From an uncultured virus (IMG/VR IMGVR_UViG_2061766007_000169) (lineage: Duplodnaviria; Heunggongvirae; Uroviricota; Caudoviricetes): a DNA stretch of 64,000 nt. Position numbers and translations under genes: made by a program. The DNA is taken from IMG/VR virus record IMGVR_UViG_2061766007_000169, one strand, 5' to 3'. This document shows, piece after piece, positions 11,150 to 22,208 of the stretch; within the stretch, counting starts at the first letter, position 1; every line of letters begins with the position of its first letter. Under the pieces are notes generated by a model. That model did not search any database, was not told where the DNA came from, and was given only the letters and a program-made list of their open reading frames with translations.

Positions 11150-11384
11150 CCTCTATTCTCTCCTTTGCACAGTCATCACACCTGCTCTCGTACTCATCAC
11201 GATCCATGAACACAACTTTGTTGCGATCCGAGTTGTGGGCATATACATAATTTATAATCCACAGATCTTCCTCTCGGCTCAGCATCACACAGTACTCGTT
11301 CTTCCCATTCAGAAGAACATCAAGAATATGATAAGCATCCGCAGCAGTTCTAACGGATATCTCACCAACAGACTCACCCAGCAT
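11058..11384 (-). CDS. Hypothetical protein
   Basis: Coupled to upstream ORF. Confidence 0.55.
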   Translation of the reverse strand: MLGESVGEISVRTAADAYHILDVLLNGKNEYCVMLSREEDLWIINYVYAHNSDRNKVVFMDRDEYESRCDDCAKERIEGAYLRGTSDCSVYYQPGNLVYETAAKDPEG

Positions 11385-11664
11385 TTGGCTTTCTCCTTGC
11401 CGTCTTCCTCGTTTCCGTTTTCGGTACTTCCGGACTCTCCGGCTCTTTCTTCTTTCCGGTCAGCTTGCCTATGGACTCAAGAAGCGCCGAGATAGAAGCA
11501 GAGGACAACTCGCCATCATGGTCATCAAGCCTGGAGTCCAGAAGAAACACCCCGGTTAAAGATGAGGTATTACCACCGAGAGTCTTCTCGATATTAACTC
11601 TCGCAACCACAGGATCTACACCGATGATGGCGTTGTCCAGTTCAATCGTGTACTTAATTTTCAT
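11374..11664 (-). CDS. Hypothetical protein
   Basis: GGGGGA RBS; first gene after attP. Confidence 0.6.
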   Translation of the reverse strand: MKIKYTIELDNAIIGVDPVVARVNIEKTLGGNTSSLTGVFLLDSRLDDHDGELSSASISALLESIGKLTGKKKEPESPEVPKTETRKTARRKPNAG

Positions 11665-11804
11665 GAAATCAATCCCCCAAAAAAGTAATAGCTAAGTCTG
11701 TTCACGCTACAAAACAGACCTAGCTAACTACAATTTGTAGTGAATCAGCGTTGCAAAAGTGTTGCAATCGCAGATTTTCGGCATTGGTTTTTTGCTGTAA
11801 CCAC

Positions 11805-11877
11805 AGGGGAAAACAGGCAATTTGGATCGTCCGGTCTCCAAAACCGTAGGCCGAGGGTTCGAAGCCTTCTTCCCCTG
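11805..11877 (+). tRNA. tRNA-Trp(CCA)-like element, putative attP core
   Basis: Acceptor AGGGGAA/TTCCCCT; anticodon arm with CCA at 11838-11840; T-arm GAGGG-TTCGAAG-CCTTC; D-arm degenerate; no 3' CCA; immediately downstream of integrase. Confidence 0.75.
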
Positions 11878-11883
11878 CTTCAC

Positions 11884-11931
11884 AAAAGGTTCTTGATTTT
11901 GATCTAAATGGTTGAAATCAAGAACTTTTTT
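11884..11931. terminator. Inverted-repeat terminator after the tRNA-like att element
   Basis: GTTCTTGATTT...AAATCAAGAAC flanked by A- and T-runs. Confidence 0.7.
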
Positions 11932-12070
11932 GTTGTTTTAATACCGAAAACAAGAAATCGTGTAGTCTGTTTGTAGCGTTTAAAAGTGCAATTGTAGTGC
12001 CTATTTAGCGTGATTTACGTTGCACAAATGTTGCACTTTTTTCATCCCATTTTATTTCCAGACCGTAGGT

Positions 12071-13162
12071 CTACAAAGAAAGGGATGTATGCCGGATTTT
12101 TTCTGCTGTAGATGCAAGCTGTTGCTCCTCGATATAGTCGGTGTAAACAGCCATCGTAATGTCCGGCGATGCGTGACCCATGAGGTACTGTGCTTCTTTC
12201 GGCTGTACCCCATTTGCGATAAGGCGTGTGCAGTAGGTGTGTCTCAACTGATGCGGATGGACGGAGAAGTCTATCTTCTTCATAGCATCCATCGTGCCGG
12301 GGCCGCCTACTGATCTGTAGGAAACAAGATCCCACATCCGGCGGAAAGAAGCTTCGGAAAGGAAATGCCCATCTCTCATGGAGAACACATACTTCGAATT
12401 GCTCTTCCTCTTCTCGGCGATCAGAACATCGTACACTTCCTGCGAGAATGGGATCGTCCGTCTTGCAGAGTTCGTCTTCATATCCTTATTGATCTCACCC
12501 TGGCGATTGTCAAGAGTGTAGACGATACTCCGGTTGACTCTCAGATATCTGTTTTCAAAGTCGATGTCATCCCACATCAGACCGAGTGCTTCGCCTTTAC
12601 GCAAACCGCAGAAGAGAACTACTACGATGAATGGGTACACCCTCGATCCTTTGGTAGCTTCAAGAAGAACTCTGCACTGATCATCTGTCAGGGATTCAAC
12701 CTTATCCGGATCTTTAGCAATCGGTCTCTTCTTGTAGGTAGGTGACTTCGGAATGATGCCGTTCTCGATAGCGAGATCGAAAAGCATTCCGGCATAAGTC
12801 AAAACTTTTTTCTGCGTGGACTTTGACAGATGTCCGAGGTGCTTGAGCATCTTATCAATATGGATAGGCTTGATATCCGTTACACGCATACAGCCAAGTT
12901 CCGGAATAAGATACCGATTGATAATGCCCTCGGTAGTTTCGATTGTTCTCTTGTGGAGATCCCAGGTGCGGTAGTAGTCAAGCCATGACTCGGCGAGTTC
13001 CGCAAAGGTAAGGGTGCTTGCTGCATCATAACCCATCGCATACATAAGCTTTGCCTTATCACGCTTGCTCTCGGCTTCTTTCTTTGTTCTGCCGGAGTAG
13101 TACTTTCGTGTACCATCCGGCAGAGTCATTGTAACCCTTACAGGTTTTTTGGCATTAGCCAT
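12071..13162 (-). CDS. int: Tyrosine integrase
   Basis: CGLRKGE (R), HQLRH (HxxR), MGH, C-terminal VY; N-terminal arm-binding and SAM-like segments. Confidence 0.93.
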   Translation of the reverse strand: MANAKKPVRVTMTLPDGTRKYYSGRTKKEAESKRDKAKLMYAMGYDAASTLTFAELAESWLDYYRTWDLHKRTIETTEGIINRYLIPELGCMRVTDIKPIHIDKMLKHLGHLSKSTQKKVLTYAGMLFDLAIENGIIPKSPTYKKRPIAKDPDKVESLTDDQCRVLLEATKGSRVYPFIVVVLFCGLRKGEALGLMWDDIDFENRYLRVNRSIVYTLDNRQGEINKDMKTNSARRTIPFSQEVYDVLIAEKRKSNSKYVFSMRDGHFLSEASFRRMWDLVSYRSVGGPGTMDAMKKIDFSVHPHQLRHTYCTRLIANGVQPKEAQYLMGHASPDITMAVYTDYIEEQQLASTAEKIRHTSLSL

Positions 13163-13269
13163 TTTAATTTCCCTCCGTTCAGTGTCATATAGGTATAATA
13201 CGCAGAGGATTGATTTCGTGCGAATTATACCGTATAGACCTACGGTCAGTCAAGTGCAGGATTCTGCAC

Positions 13270-15601
13270 TCACCAACGCTCTCTGCTGAACGAGTGCCAG
13301 TACATATTGCCCTGTTTCTTTTCCGAGCAAGTGATTCCGTCTTTCTCAAGAAGCCTATCCTGGATCTGGCTGAGGTGCGTCCGCATCGCCCTGGGTTTGG
13401 ACGAGTAGGTTTCATCCTTAGTCTGCTGTTCAACTGCACGAATGAGATCAGGAGTAGTTATGGTATAGACAGCTTCATTTACATCGGAGTTCTCCTGGTC
13501 AAGAATATCCTCGGCTTCATCGAGGAAATGCACAATGGTTTTCACTACCGGATCATTGCGGTAAGCTGCGTCCTCTGCGGTCTCACGGACATCCTTCTCC
13601 TCGCCGAGGTTCTCCCACCGGAGATTCATCTCATTGAACTGAATGATAAAGGACTTCGACCTGACGAAACGCCCGGTAATATTCAGAACAGTAGTAGGAT
13701 CGTTCCTTGCTCTTCTGGTCATTCCATAAATGAAGTCGGCAGCACCTGTGATTCCGCTCGTGCCGTTTACATTCATAACGAAGTCATCGCTGTCGAGAGT
13801 CTTCCTCGTATGATGGACAAGAAAAATACCGACTTTCTTCTTGGTAACCCACTGCTTCAGAATAGAGAGTTCCTTATAGTCATGCTCATACGCACCCTCA
13901 TTCCTCTGTGCTGTTCCTCTGATCCGGACAAAGGTATCAACGATAATAAGCCGGATGTCAGGATACGTTTCCACATAGGAATCAAGCTGCTCTGTAAAAC
14001 CCTGCTGAAGAGTGAGCGCTTCATGCACATGATAGAAGTTCGAAAGATCTCCCCGGTCTTTAATGATCGGCCCCATACGATCCTTTAAGTTGGCGTCAAT
14101 ATCTTCAAGCGAGATATAAAGGACACCATTCTTATTTGTTGGCAGATTCAGAAACTTAGTTCCGGTTGCCACAGAGATAGCGAGATCAAGAACAAAGAAA
14201 CTTTTGCCGTACTTCGGAGGGGAGTACAACACCCCAAGACCTACCGGAAGAATACCCGGAATAATAAATTCCAGAGGGGCAATGTGTCTAGCCATTAATT
14301 CATCTCCGTTTTCTAACCATACTTTCTTTTTATTACCAGCACCGAGATCCTTGAAGTCCATCTTCGCATCTCTTGAAGCGAAGGGGATAGGATCGCCAGC
14401 CGGATATCTGAGAACGGAATGGATGGTATTCCGCAGTTCAAACTCAGGGAGCGGCGGAACGCAGTAGCGATCATTAAATAGTCTGCCCACATTATACAGG
14501 GCGTCCTCATCAAAACCAAACCACTCTCGCTGCTTTGCAAGATAATTGAATAAGGACTTATTCCGTCCGCCCTCTTCAATAGCATAGAGTTCTCCGTCCG
14601 TATAAGTTCCGGATACGAGTTTCCCTCTCGGCTCTTCCGGCTCTATGTTATTAAGATCTACACCCTCAAGAAGAACATCCGGGTCTATCACATCCCCGGC
14701 TATGTTCCAGTAGTGATACTCCGCTCCTGTGCATATGGACGGCCANNNNNNNNNNNNNNNNNNNNNNNNNNNNNNNNNNNNNNNNNNNNNNNNNNNNNNN
14801 NNNNNNNNNNNNNNNNNNNNNNNNNNNNNNNNNNNNNNNNNNNNNNNNNNNNNNNNNNNNNNNNNNNNNNNGTGTGTAGTGTGGATGAACACAGCATTGT
14901 CATACAGGCAGGAGTAATTATCGATGTCCTCTGCTGTTGCTTCGTCAGCATCAATCGTCAGGACNNNNNNNNNNAGTATAAGTTCCGGATACGAGTTTCC
15001 CTCTCGGCTCTTCCGGCTCTACGTTATTAAGATCTACACCCTCAAGAAGAACATCCGGATCTATCACATCTCCGGCTATGTTCCAGTAGTGATACTCCGC
15101 TCCTGTGCATATGGACGGCCAGAACATCAGACGCTCCGGCTGATCTGTGGTGTCGTCTACTGTGTTCGAACCAACCCACGGAATAACTATATTCACAAGT
15201 GCTTTGTACTCTTCAGCACTTACCGGACGAGACAAGGGGAACAGCCACCGGAGACGGAGCTGCTCGTCTGTACTTGTATGCGTAGTGTGGATGAACACAG
15301 CATTGTCATACAGACAGGAATAATTATCGATGTCCTCTGCTGTTGCTTCGTCAGCATCAATCGTCAGGACGCAACGGCTCTTGAGAAGATTCTTGTTTCG
15401 TTTATCGTCGGTAAACTCTCCGGCTACATAACCGCCGATATCCTTGATCGCTGTCCTCTCCTCGTTGGTCATCGCCTTATACTCCGCAAGAGTTTCGGAT
15501 GTAATGACCGGAGACTTCAGCCGTTCGACAAGATCATCCCAGGTTAACTCAACGCTTTTACCCGTTGTGGAAAATCTGTTTTTAAATTCAGTAATAATCA
15601 T
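13270..15601 (-). CDS. Primase-helicase fusion (primase, PriCT, AAA_25/RepA-like helicase); gapped with allelic duplication
   Basis: GGYVAG and TIDAD primase motifs, GGRN..LF PriCT, Walker A SPPKYGKS, Walker B LIIVD, LVHH.RK. Confidence 0.8.
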
Positions 15602-15831
15602 ACGTTGCGACCTGCTCTCTTCTTCCTTTCGGACAAGTACCGCACCGCTTGCTTACCGTATTTCTTTTCTATCCTTTCTTTTGATACTTCCGGATTCCAG
15701 CCACAGCTATCACACGGAGCAGATGGGGCGAGTTCCCTTTCGGCATAAACACAGCCAACATTCCTGCAGAATTTACAAGAGGGGAATAAATCATACGGCC
15801 CTGACCACAACTTATCTACTTCATACTTCAT
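15598..15831 (-). CDS. Cys-rich hypothetical protein
   Basis: Coupled ORF. Confidence 0.6.
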   Translation of the reverse strand: MKYEVDKLWSGPYDLFPSCKFCRNVGCVYAERELAPSAPCDSCGWNPEVSKERIEKKYGKQAVRYLSERKKRAGRNV

Positions 15832-16163
15832 TCAGAGTACCACCCCCCATTGATTCCTTTAAGTTCCATCCACTTCTGCAGGTTGCGGATACCACGCTCG
15901 GCTTTTTCAAGTCGAGCCTTTTCTTTTGCAAGCTTGTCTTCAAGAGACCGCTTCTCGCCATCAAGTATCTCAAGCATCCGTTTATACCGGAAAGCTTCGC
16001 TCATTAGTATATAGGTATCTTCTCTGTACCGCTCAAGTTCACGAATGATACCCCGCTGTTCTCTGTTCTCCTGCAACAACCTGGCAATGTCACGCTGCTG
16101 GCTTTCAATCGTCTCAAGCAGTACTTCCTTTTTTACTTCCTCAAGTTTCATGGATAATCCCAC
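15828..16163 (-). CDS. Coiled-coil hypothetical protein
   Basis: Charged heptad pattern; coupled. Confidence 0.6.
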   Translation of the reverse strand: MGLSMKLEEVKKEVLLETIESQQRDIARLLQENREQRGIIRELERYREDTYILMSEAFRYKRMLEILDGEKRSLEDKLAKEKARLEKAERGIRNLQKWMELKGINGGWYSE

Positions 16164-16495
16164 CTACACTGATATAGCATAAAGGCATCCGGATGTACTT
16201 TCCGTACATAACCAAGACCAAGCTGTTGACTCAGATTTGCTTTCTCGCAGAACTCGTTTACGCTGGTAGCATTCTTACCATACTTCTGAAACAACTCCTC
16301 AATCTGGTCAAGCCTTTCCTGCGTAATCTTCCTTGGCTTAAATCTTTTTGACAATGGACGCTCATCGCCAAGCGTCAGGCGATACTTGTCGCAATCATCT
16401 GTCGGCGGACAACCTCTGCACTTCCCGGTTATAATAAGGTAGTCACAGGTCATTGTGGTAGGAGAGTAGAACACGCATCCAAACTTATGGCACAT
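16148..16495 (-). CDS. Hypothetical protein
   Basis: Cys-rich N-terminus; coupled. Confidence 0.6.
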   Translation of the reverse strand: MCHKFGCVFYSPTTMTCDYLIITGKCRGCPPTDDCDKYRLTLGDERPLSKRFKPRKITQERLDQIEELFQKYGKNATSVNEFCEKANLSQQLGLGYVRKVHPDAFMLYQCRWDYP

Positions 16496-16775
16496 AACAA
16501 TCGCCGCCCTCTATCTCTCCGCCACAGGCGGCATACCCGGCGAGGTCTATCCAGTTGTCATATTTAGCGTGACCGGACGCTATCCTCGCAATCTTAAGAA
16601 GAGCCAGCATAGCTGCGACATCTTTCGAATCAAATTTGGTATCCTCTTCCAGACCGAGATAAGCAGACCACAAGTCCGCAATCCGCTGAAAGTTTGTTTC
16701 CGGCGTTCCATAGTCTGACTCACGTTCTCCGCATACGCAGACCTTCGCTCTGTCAAGAATCTCTGCTCTCGTCAT
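16485..16775 (-). CDS. DUF6378-like phage protein
   Basis: R..DYG.P..NF.RIA.LW and D.W.D.AGYAA motifs. Confidence 0.75.
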   Translation of the reverse strand: MTRAEILDRAKVCVCGERESDYGTPETNFQRIADLWSAYLGLEEDTKFDSKDVAAMLALLKIARIASGHAKYDNWIDLAGYAACGGEIEGGDCYVP

Positions 16776-17239
16776 ATATCAAGTATCTCCTTCTTATATT
16801 TACCTGTGAGATTAACCCAGTCGGCACAGTCCTTCAACGCTTTCTCGTGAGACGATCTCAAGACCGCCGGTCCAGGCTTATCATATTTTCTTAGCGAGTA
16901 TGCCATCGGCTCCCACCCCAGATTGTAGATGTACCGATTAATCAGGATGTCTCTATAGAAGTCAGACAGAGAACAATCCTCAATGAACGAACGGATAAGT
17001 TCCCTACGCTCTGTCAGGAGACCCCACCATTTCTCCGTACTGCCATCAGCGTCAGCAAGGTTTGCGAGGACAGCATTACGATCAGCACCACCACCGGACG
17101 GCATCCCTGTAATGTGGGATGTAGTCTTGGTTGCCCGCTCGTACAACTCCATGTACTTCTCACGCTTCTCTCTGGTAATGCTGTTGTAAATACTGCCTGA
17201 CCCTAAAAACTTTCTTATGTCTTGAGCATTAACTCGCAT
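16772..17239 (-). CDS. RinA/ArpU-like transcriptional activator
   Basis: Size; TS.ITGMP.GGG linker; IL..RY....W C-terminal HTH pattern. Confidence 0.55.
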   Translation of the reverse strand: MRVNAQDIRKFLGSGSIYNSITREKREKYMELYERATKTTSHITGMPSGGGADRNAVLANLADADGSTEKWWGLLTERRELIRSFIEDCSLSDFYRDILINRYIYNLGWEPMAYSLRKYDKPGPAVLRSSHEKALKDCADWVNLTGKYKKEILDI

Positions 17240-17661
17240 AACTTTTTAATACCATCCTCACCCCAGAAATGAAATGCCCGGTCATCTATATAGTAATGAG
17301 CCATGACTTTTCTTGGATTCGATCCGAACGCATCAATCACTTCAGGAATGTTATCGTTCACCGCATCCCACTCAAGTCCTTGCTCTGTACACCAGGAGAG
17401 TGCTTCGTTAAGCGAGCCACCACCACGGCAAGTCCAAAGGATCAGCTTCACACCGGACAGCTTTGCCATCTTAAGGACGGCAATCAGCTTCTCATTAGGT
17501 TTCCCTATATTCGGAAACTGACTGCCGACTGTAAGAGTGCCATCGAAATCAACCGCCCAGATCGTCGGAAGCTTTTTATCCTCTTTCTTTTCTTTAGGCT
17601 TTCTGCTCCCCGGTTTAGGCGGATGCTTTAACTGCTGCCGGATGATAGGGTTATCCGTCAT
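17215..17661 (-). CDS. HAD-superfamily phosphatase
   Basis: AVDFDGT motif I, LWTCR, YIDDR. Confidence 0.8.
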   Translation of the reverse strand: MTDNPIIRQQLKHPPKPGSRKPKEKKEDKKLPTIWAVDFDGTLTVGSQFPNIGKPNEKLIAVLKMAKLSGVKLILWTCRGGGSLNEALSWCTEQGLEWDAVNDNIPEVIDAFGSNPRKVMAHYYIDDRAFHFWGEDGIKKLCELMLKT

Positions 17662-17845
17662 CGGTTTTACTGTCACCATCCGCAACACCTTTCTCCCACA
17701 TATTGTGATACCAGTCAAGCACAGCTTCGTCCTCGGTAGGGAAACCATAGTCATCCACCCACATCATCGTGGCTACAACCGGGGGGCCGAAGCCGTACCT
17801 CTTTTCTTTTCCGGTCTGCTTTACAAACATACTCAGTTCAGCCAT
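17651..17845 (-). CDS. Hypothetical protein
   Basis: Coupled small ORF. Confidence 0.55.
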   Translation of the reverse strand: MAELSMFVKQTGKEKRYGFGPPVVATMMWVDDYGFPTEDEAVLDWYHNMWEKGVADGDSKTDDG

Positions 17846-18600
17846 CTTCGCACCTTTCTACCCATTGGAAATGAAGTCCTCTGTACTGCTTCCATTCACC
17901 ATTAGCCACAAGCCGGATGCAGTTCCTCTGCCCATGCAAGGCTTTGGCTGCGAAATTCAAAGACGGATAGATCACTCCGTTCTCCACACACAGCACAGCT
18001 TTTCTGGTCGGACTATGGATGCAACTCTTCAACCGCTCGTCATCTGTCCTTACACGGTTTCTTGCAGCCTGTGCTATATGCTCACGTATCGTTTCAAGTC
18101 TGGAGTTGAAATACATTCCGCCATCGCAAATGTTATATCCATGCTTCCGATCCTGTGTCTCAAAGGAAGCTATGTAATAAGTCTCAAGAAGATTCGCTTC
18201 ATCGAGTGTTACATCTTCAGCCAGAATCTCTGTCTCAATATTAGTCCAGCCATACTTCTTTACGGCGGCGGTCNNNNNNNNNNGTCCTCAATGAAAGAAC
18301 GGATAAGTTCCCTACGCTCTGTCAGGAGACCCCACCATTTCTCGGTACTGCCATCAGCGTCAGCAAGGTTTGCGAGGACAGCATTGCGATCAGCACCACC
18401 ACCGGACGGCATCCCGGTTATATGGGATGTAGTCTTGGTTGCCCTCTCGTACAACTCCATGTACTTCTCACGCTTCTCTCTGGTAATGCTGTTGTNNNNN
18501 NNNNNCCCCAACGCTTTCGTTTCTCAACAGGCTTACTCGTGATTCCGATATATGACTTACCGCTCGGAGTAATGTGCCGATATACTGTATACGTTATCAA
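17838..18600 (-). mobile_element. GIY-YIG homing endonuclease (pieces separated by gaps)
   Basis: VYRHITPSGKSYIGIT at the start overlapping the helicase stop; NUMOD-like C-terminus at 18272-17838. Confidence 0.65.
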
Positions 18601-20145
18601 GCAAAGTACCTCTTTAATGCTTCAAGTAATGAACGCTGTGTAGCATCTTTCTTTTGCAGAACATCGAGTACTTTCTCATCAAGGGTGTCATCGCAAATGA
18701 TGTGATGAACGATTACAGTTTTCNNNNNNNNNNTGCTGACTTAAACGAGGATAACTCATCTATGATCACAAGATCGAACGGCCACTTCCCATTGAGATAC
18801 TCAACAAGCCATTGTGTGTTCTCTCTGTTGATGACATAGATCTCGGCATCCGTCTCCAACGCAGCTTTCCTCTGCTTCAGGTTGCCAAGTACTTTGGATA
18901 TCCGTAAATCTTTNNNNNNNNNNCATTGCTCTGCTGATACTGCTCAAGAGAATAGGGGAGACCGAACCACACAATAATGTGAGACCCCTGTTGCAGATTG
19001 ATTCCGTATCCGGCTGAAGCCGGATGGCAGAGCAGCATCTGAATCTCTCCGTTGTTCCACCGATCAATATCATTCGGCCCCTTAAGAAGAACAGCGTCTT
19101 TGAATCTGTCACGTATCCTGTCGAGGTCATGCTTATAACAATAGAACACAAGGACAGGCTGTCCGTTCGATGTATCAACGATGTCCTCAAGAGCATCAAG
19201 CTTCCGGTCATGCAGATGAAACACGCCGTCCTTGTCATCGTACACCGATCCGTTCGCCATCTGCAACAGCTTACCGGACAGCACAGCTGCCGTATCAGCT
19301 ACAATGGCTGACTGCATATCGCCGATAGCTACTACCGAGTTCTGAAAAATGGGAAGCACTTTCTCTTTCTTGAATTCCTCGTACACCTCTCGCTCGTCCT
19401 CGGACATATAGACAGTTACCTTATTATAGATAATAGGCGGAAGCTGAAGCCAGTCCTCTTTGCTCATGCTCAGGCAGATGTCGGACAGCTTCTTATCGAT
19501 GAGTTGCTTCGCCCCCGGTTTAAGGTAGTACTCGTAAACAATGTTGCCCCGTCTTCTGCCCGGATCGAAATAAGCCATGCGGTATTTCGTTAGTGTCTTA
19601 CAGAGTCTCTCGCCATTATCTATAAGGAAGATCTCTGCCCACAAATCCATGTAGCCGTTGGATGCCGGAGTTCCGGTAAGACCCCACACATATCCCGACC
19701 CACGGATAACTCTCCGGAGTGTTCTGAACCGCTTGGACTTCGCCGACTTAAACGAGGATAACTCATCTATTATCACAAGATCAAACGGCCACTTTCCATT
19801 GAGATACTCGACAAGCCATTGCGTATTCTCTCTGTTGATAACATAGATGTCAGCATCATTCTCCAACGCTGCTTTCCTCTGCTTCAGGTTGCCAAGTACT
19901 TTGGATATCCGTAAATCTTTTAAGTGATCCCACTTGGCGGCTTCCCTCGACCAGGTGTCTTCAGCAACACGCTTCGGAGCGATCACCAGAACTTTGTCAA
20001 TAAAGAAGTCATCAAGTAATTCCTTCGCAACTGTCAGTGCAGTAACTGTCTTGCCGAGACCCATGTCCAGGAACAGGCAGCCACGGTTATGTTCACGAAG
20101 AAACTTCATCGCTATCTCCTGATGACGCTTAGGTTCAAATTTCAT
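18597..20145 (-). CDS. SNF2-family helicase (gapped)
   Basis: DMGLGKT, IIDELS, LTGTP, GINLQ; C-terminus at 18723-18597. Confidence 0.88.
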
Positions 20146-20396
20146 TTAGTCTGTGTACGCAACGAGTTCCTATAATTTTCTTCAAGCCTTTTCTTCCTCG
20201 CTTTCCGTTGTTCTCTCCTTCGCTCACGCTCTTCCCATATAGGATGCTCACACTTCTGTAAAGCATCGCATTGTCTTCCAAGACATCCGCGCCTTTTAAG
20301 CTGTGCCGGAGTAAGCGAAAGATGATGCTTATAACAATATGCACAAGTGTTGTCTGTGTTAGACCCCCAGAATGTTTTCCTTATTTTCTTATCCAT
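20142..20396 (-). CDS. Hypothetical protein
   Basis: Coupled, Cys/His-rich. Confidence 0.55.
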   Translation of the reverse strand: MDKKIRKTFWGSNTDNTCAYCYKHHLSLTPAQLKRRGCLGRQCDALQKCEHPIWEERERRREQRKARKKRLEENYRNSLRTQTK

Positions 20397-20734
20397 AGAT
20401 CGACAAAAGCCTGTCTGTCAATCTCGGAAGTAACAATAGTAGCTGGCGGAAGACCTAACTGTTTTCTGTACCGAAAAATTTTCGATACAGATATTCCGGT
20501 CTTCGCACTTATCTCCTTGTCATTTCCGCAGATAGCGTACACAGCAAGGACAGCTTTCTCTCCGGGCAGTAACGGACGATCGTAATCTATATCGTCCATA
20601 TCGTATGGAGTCTTCACAGCAACACAGTTAATGCATACTCGCTTCGTACATGACAAACATTTTTGTATCTGATCCGAAGTATCATGGATAAGATCTCCGT
20701 CTCCGGACTTATCTTTAAGTACTTTCTTTACCAT
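20381..20734 (-). CDS. Hypothetical protein with C-terminal HTH
   Basis: DKEISAKTGISVSKIFRYRKQLG. Confidence 0.6.
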   Translation of the reverse strand: MVKKVLKDKSGDGDLIHDTSDQIQKCLSCTKRVCINCVAVKTPYDMDDIDYDRPLLPGEKAVLAVYAICGNDKEISAKTGISVSKIFRYRKQLGLPPATIVTSEIDRQAFVDLWIRK

Positions 20735-20759
20735 ACCTCACTCTTTTCTGTTGCACAAA

Positions 20760-21177
20760 CTAGTAGTTCGATTCTTTGCCTGATCTTTTCTAGATATCCA
20801 CGCACAATTCTCTGGGCAATAATTACCGAACACATCAATGCGCTCAATANNNNNNNNNNNNNNNNNNNNNNNNTGCTTAATGCCCATTCACGAAAAGCAG
20901 TATAGCTGTCTGTCCACTCTTTGCAGATGGTAATACCCTTGGCCCCATACCATTGATAGGATTTCGAATTTGGATTAAAACAGCGTTGCTTTATAGCCTT
21001 ATAGACATTATATNNNNNNNNNNCCTATAAGATTCGTAGTCTTTTCGTGAAGAAGATCTAAGCGTAGACATCCGCAGCTTGCCGTATTACCATTAAGTAA
21101 TTCACCAGCAGTAACAACCTTTTCATTCCCACAGTCGCAACGGCAGAGCCATCTGGCTTTTCCGGCTTTGGTATTTT
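20760..21177 (-). mobile_element. Fragments of an HNH/AP2-type homing endonuclease (N-terminus at 23634-23858, + strand)
   Basis: RWLCRCDCGN, SCGC, KQRCFNPN...YGAKGI motifs; NTKAGKARW shared with the 23634 ORF. Confidence 0.55.
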
Positions 21178-21267
21178 NNNNNNNNNNTTGTTTACTTTTG
21201 ATTATCGGTGGCATAATTACTACCACTATTGGAATACTTCTACTGTTAGCGTGGCATATTTGGTGAT

Positions 21268-22148
21268 ATGAAAATAGGTCTTATTGATGTCGATGGGCAT
21301 AACTATCCTAATCTTCCTTTGATGAAACTGTCTGCGTACCATAAAGCTAAAGGTGATTCCGTTGAGTGGTATCAGCCAATGATTAGTGGGCATATGGATA
21401 TTGTTTACATGAGTAAGGTGTTTAGTTTTACACCGGATTATGAATACTTCGTTGACGCAGATACAGTTGTAAAGGGTGGTACAGGATATGCTATCTCTTT
21501 GGTAGATGGTAAGGAAATATATGACAAAGCTAAAGACCCACCCCTGCNNNNNNNNNNNNNNNNNNNNNNNNNNNNNNNNNNNNNNNNNNNNNNNNNNNNN
21601 NNNNNNNNNNNNNNNNNNNNNGGATGCGCGTTTTGTCACGTTGCTCCAAAGGAAGGAAAGTGTTCCCGTAAGGTTGCGGATCTATCTGAGTTCTGGAATG
21701 GCCAAAAGCATATTGTACTATGCGATCCTAACATACTTGCCTGTCCAGATTGGAGAGNNNNNNNNNNNNNNNNNNNNNNNNNNNNNNNNNNNNNNNNNNN
21801 NNNNNACAGTAAAGCTCATGTAGATTTTAATCAAGGCTTGGATATACGGTTAATGACTTTGGAAAAAGCAGAGATGCTGTCTCAGATTAAGATCGACTCT
21901 ATACATTTTGCTTGGGATAGATACNNNNNNNNNNNNNNNNNNNNNNNNNNNNNNNNNNNNNNNNNNNNNNNNNNNNNNNNNNNNNNNNNNNNNNNNNNNN
22001 NNNNNNNNNNNNNNNNNNNNNNNTAACCTGGCTTCGGGATAATGGCTATGCTCCTTACGTAATGCTCTATGATAAAGAACATATTCCAAGGGGGCATGAA
22101 CTTAAGAAGCTGCAACGCTGGGTGAATAACCGCTTTATATTCTGGAGC
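21268..22148 (+). CDS. Radical-SAM-like phage protein (gapped)
   Basis: MKIGLIDVDGHNYPNLPLMK N-terminus, GGTG, partial CxxC (CAFC), DFNQGLD. Confidence 0.65.
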
Positions 22149-22208
22149 NNNNNNNNNNNNNNNNNNNNNNNNNNNNNNNNNNNNNNNNNNNNNNNNNNNN
22201 NNNNNNNN

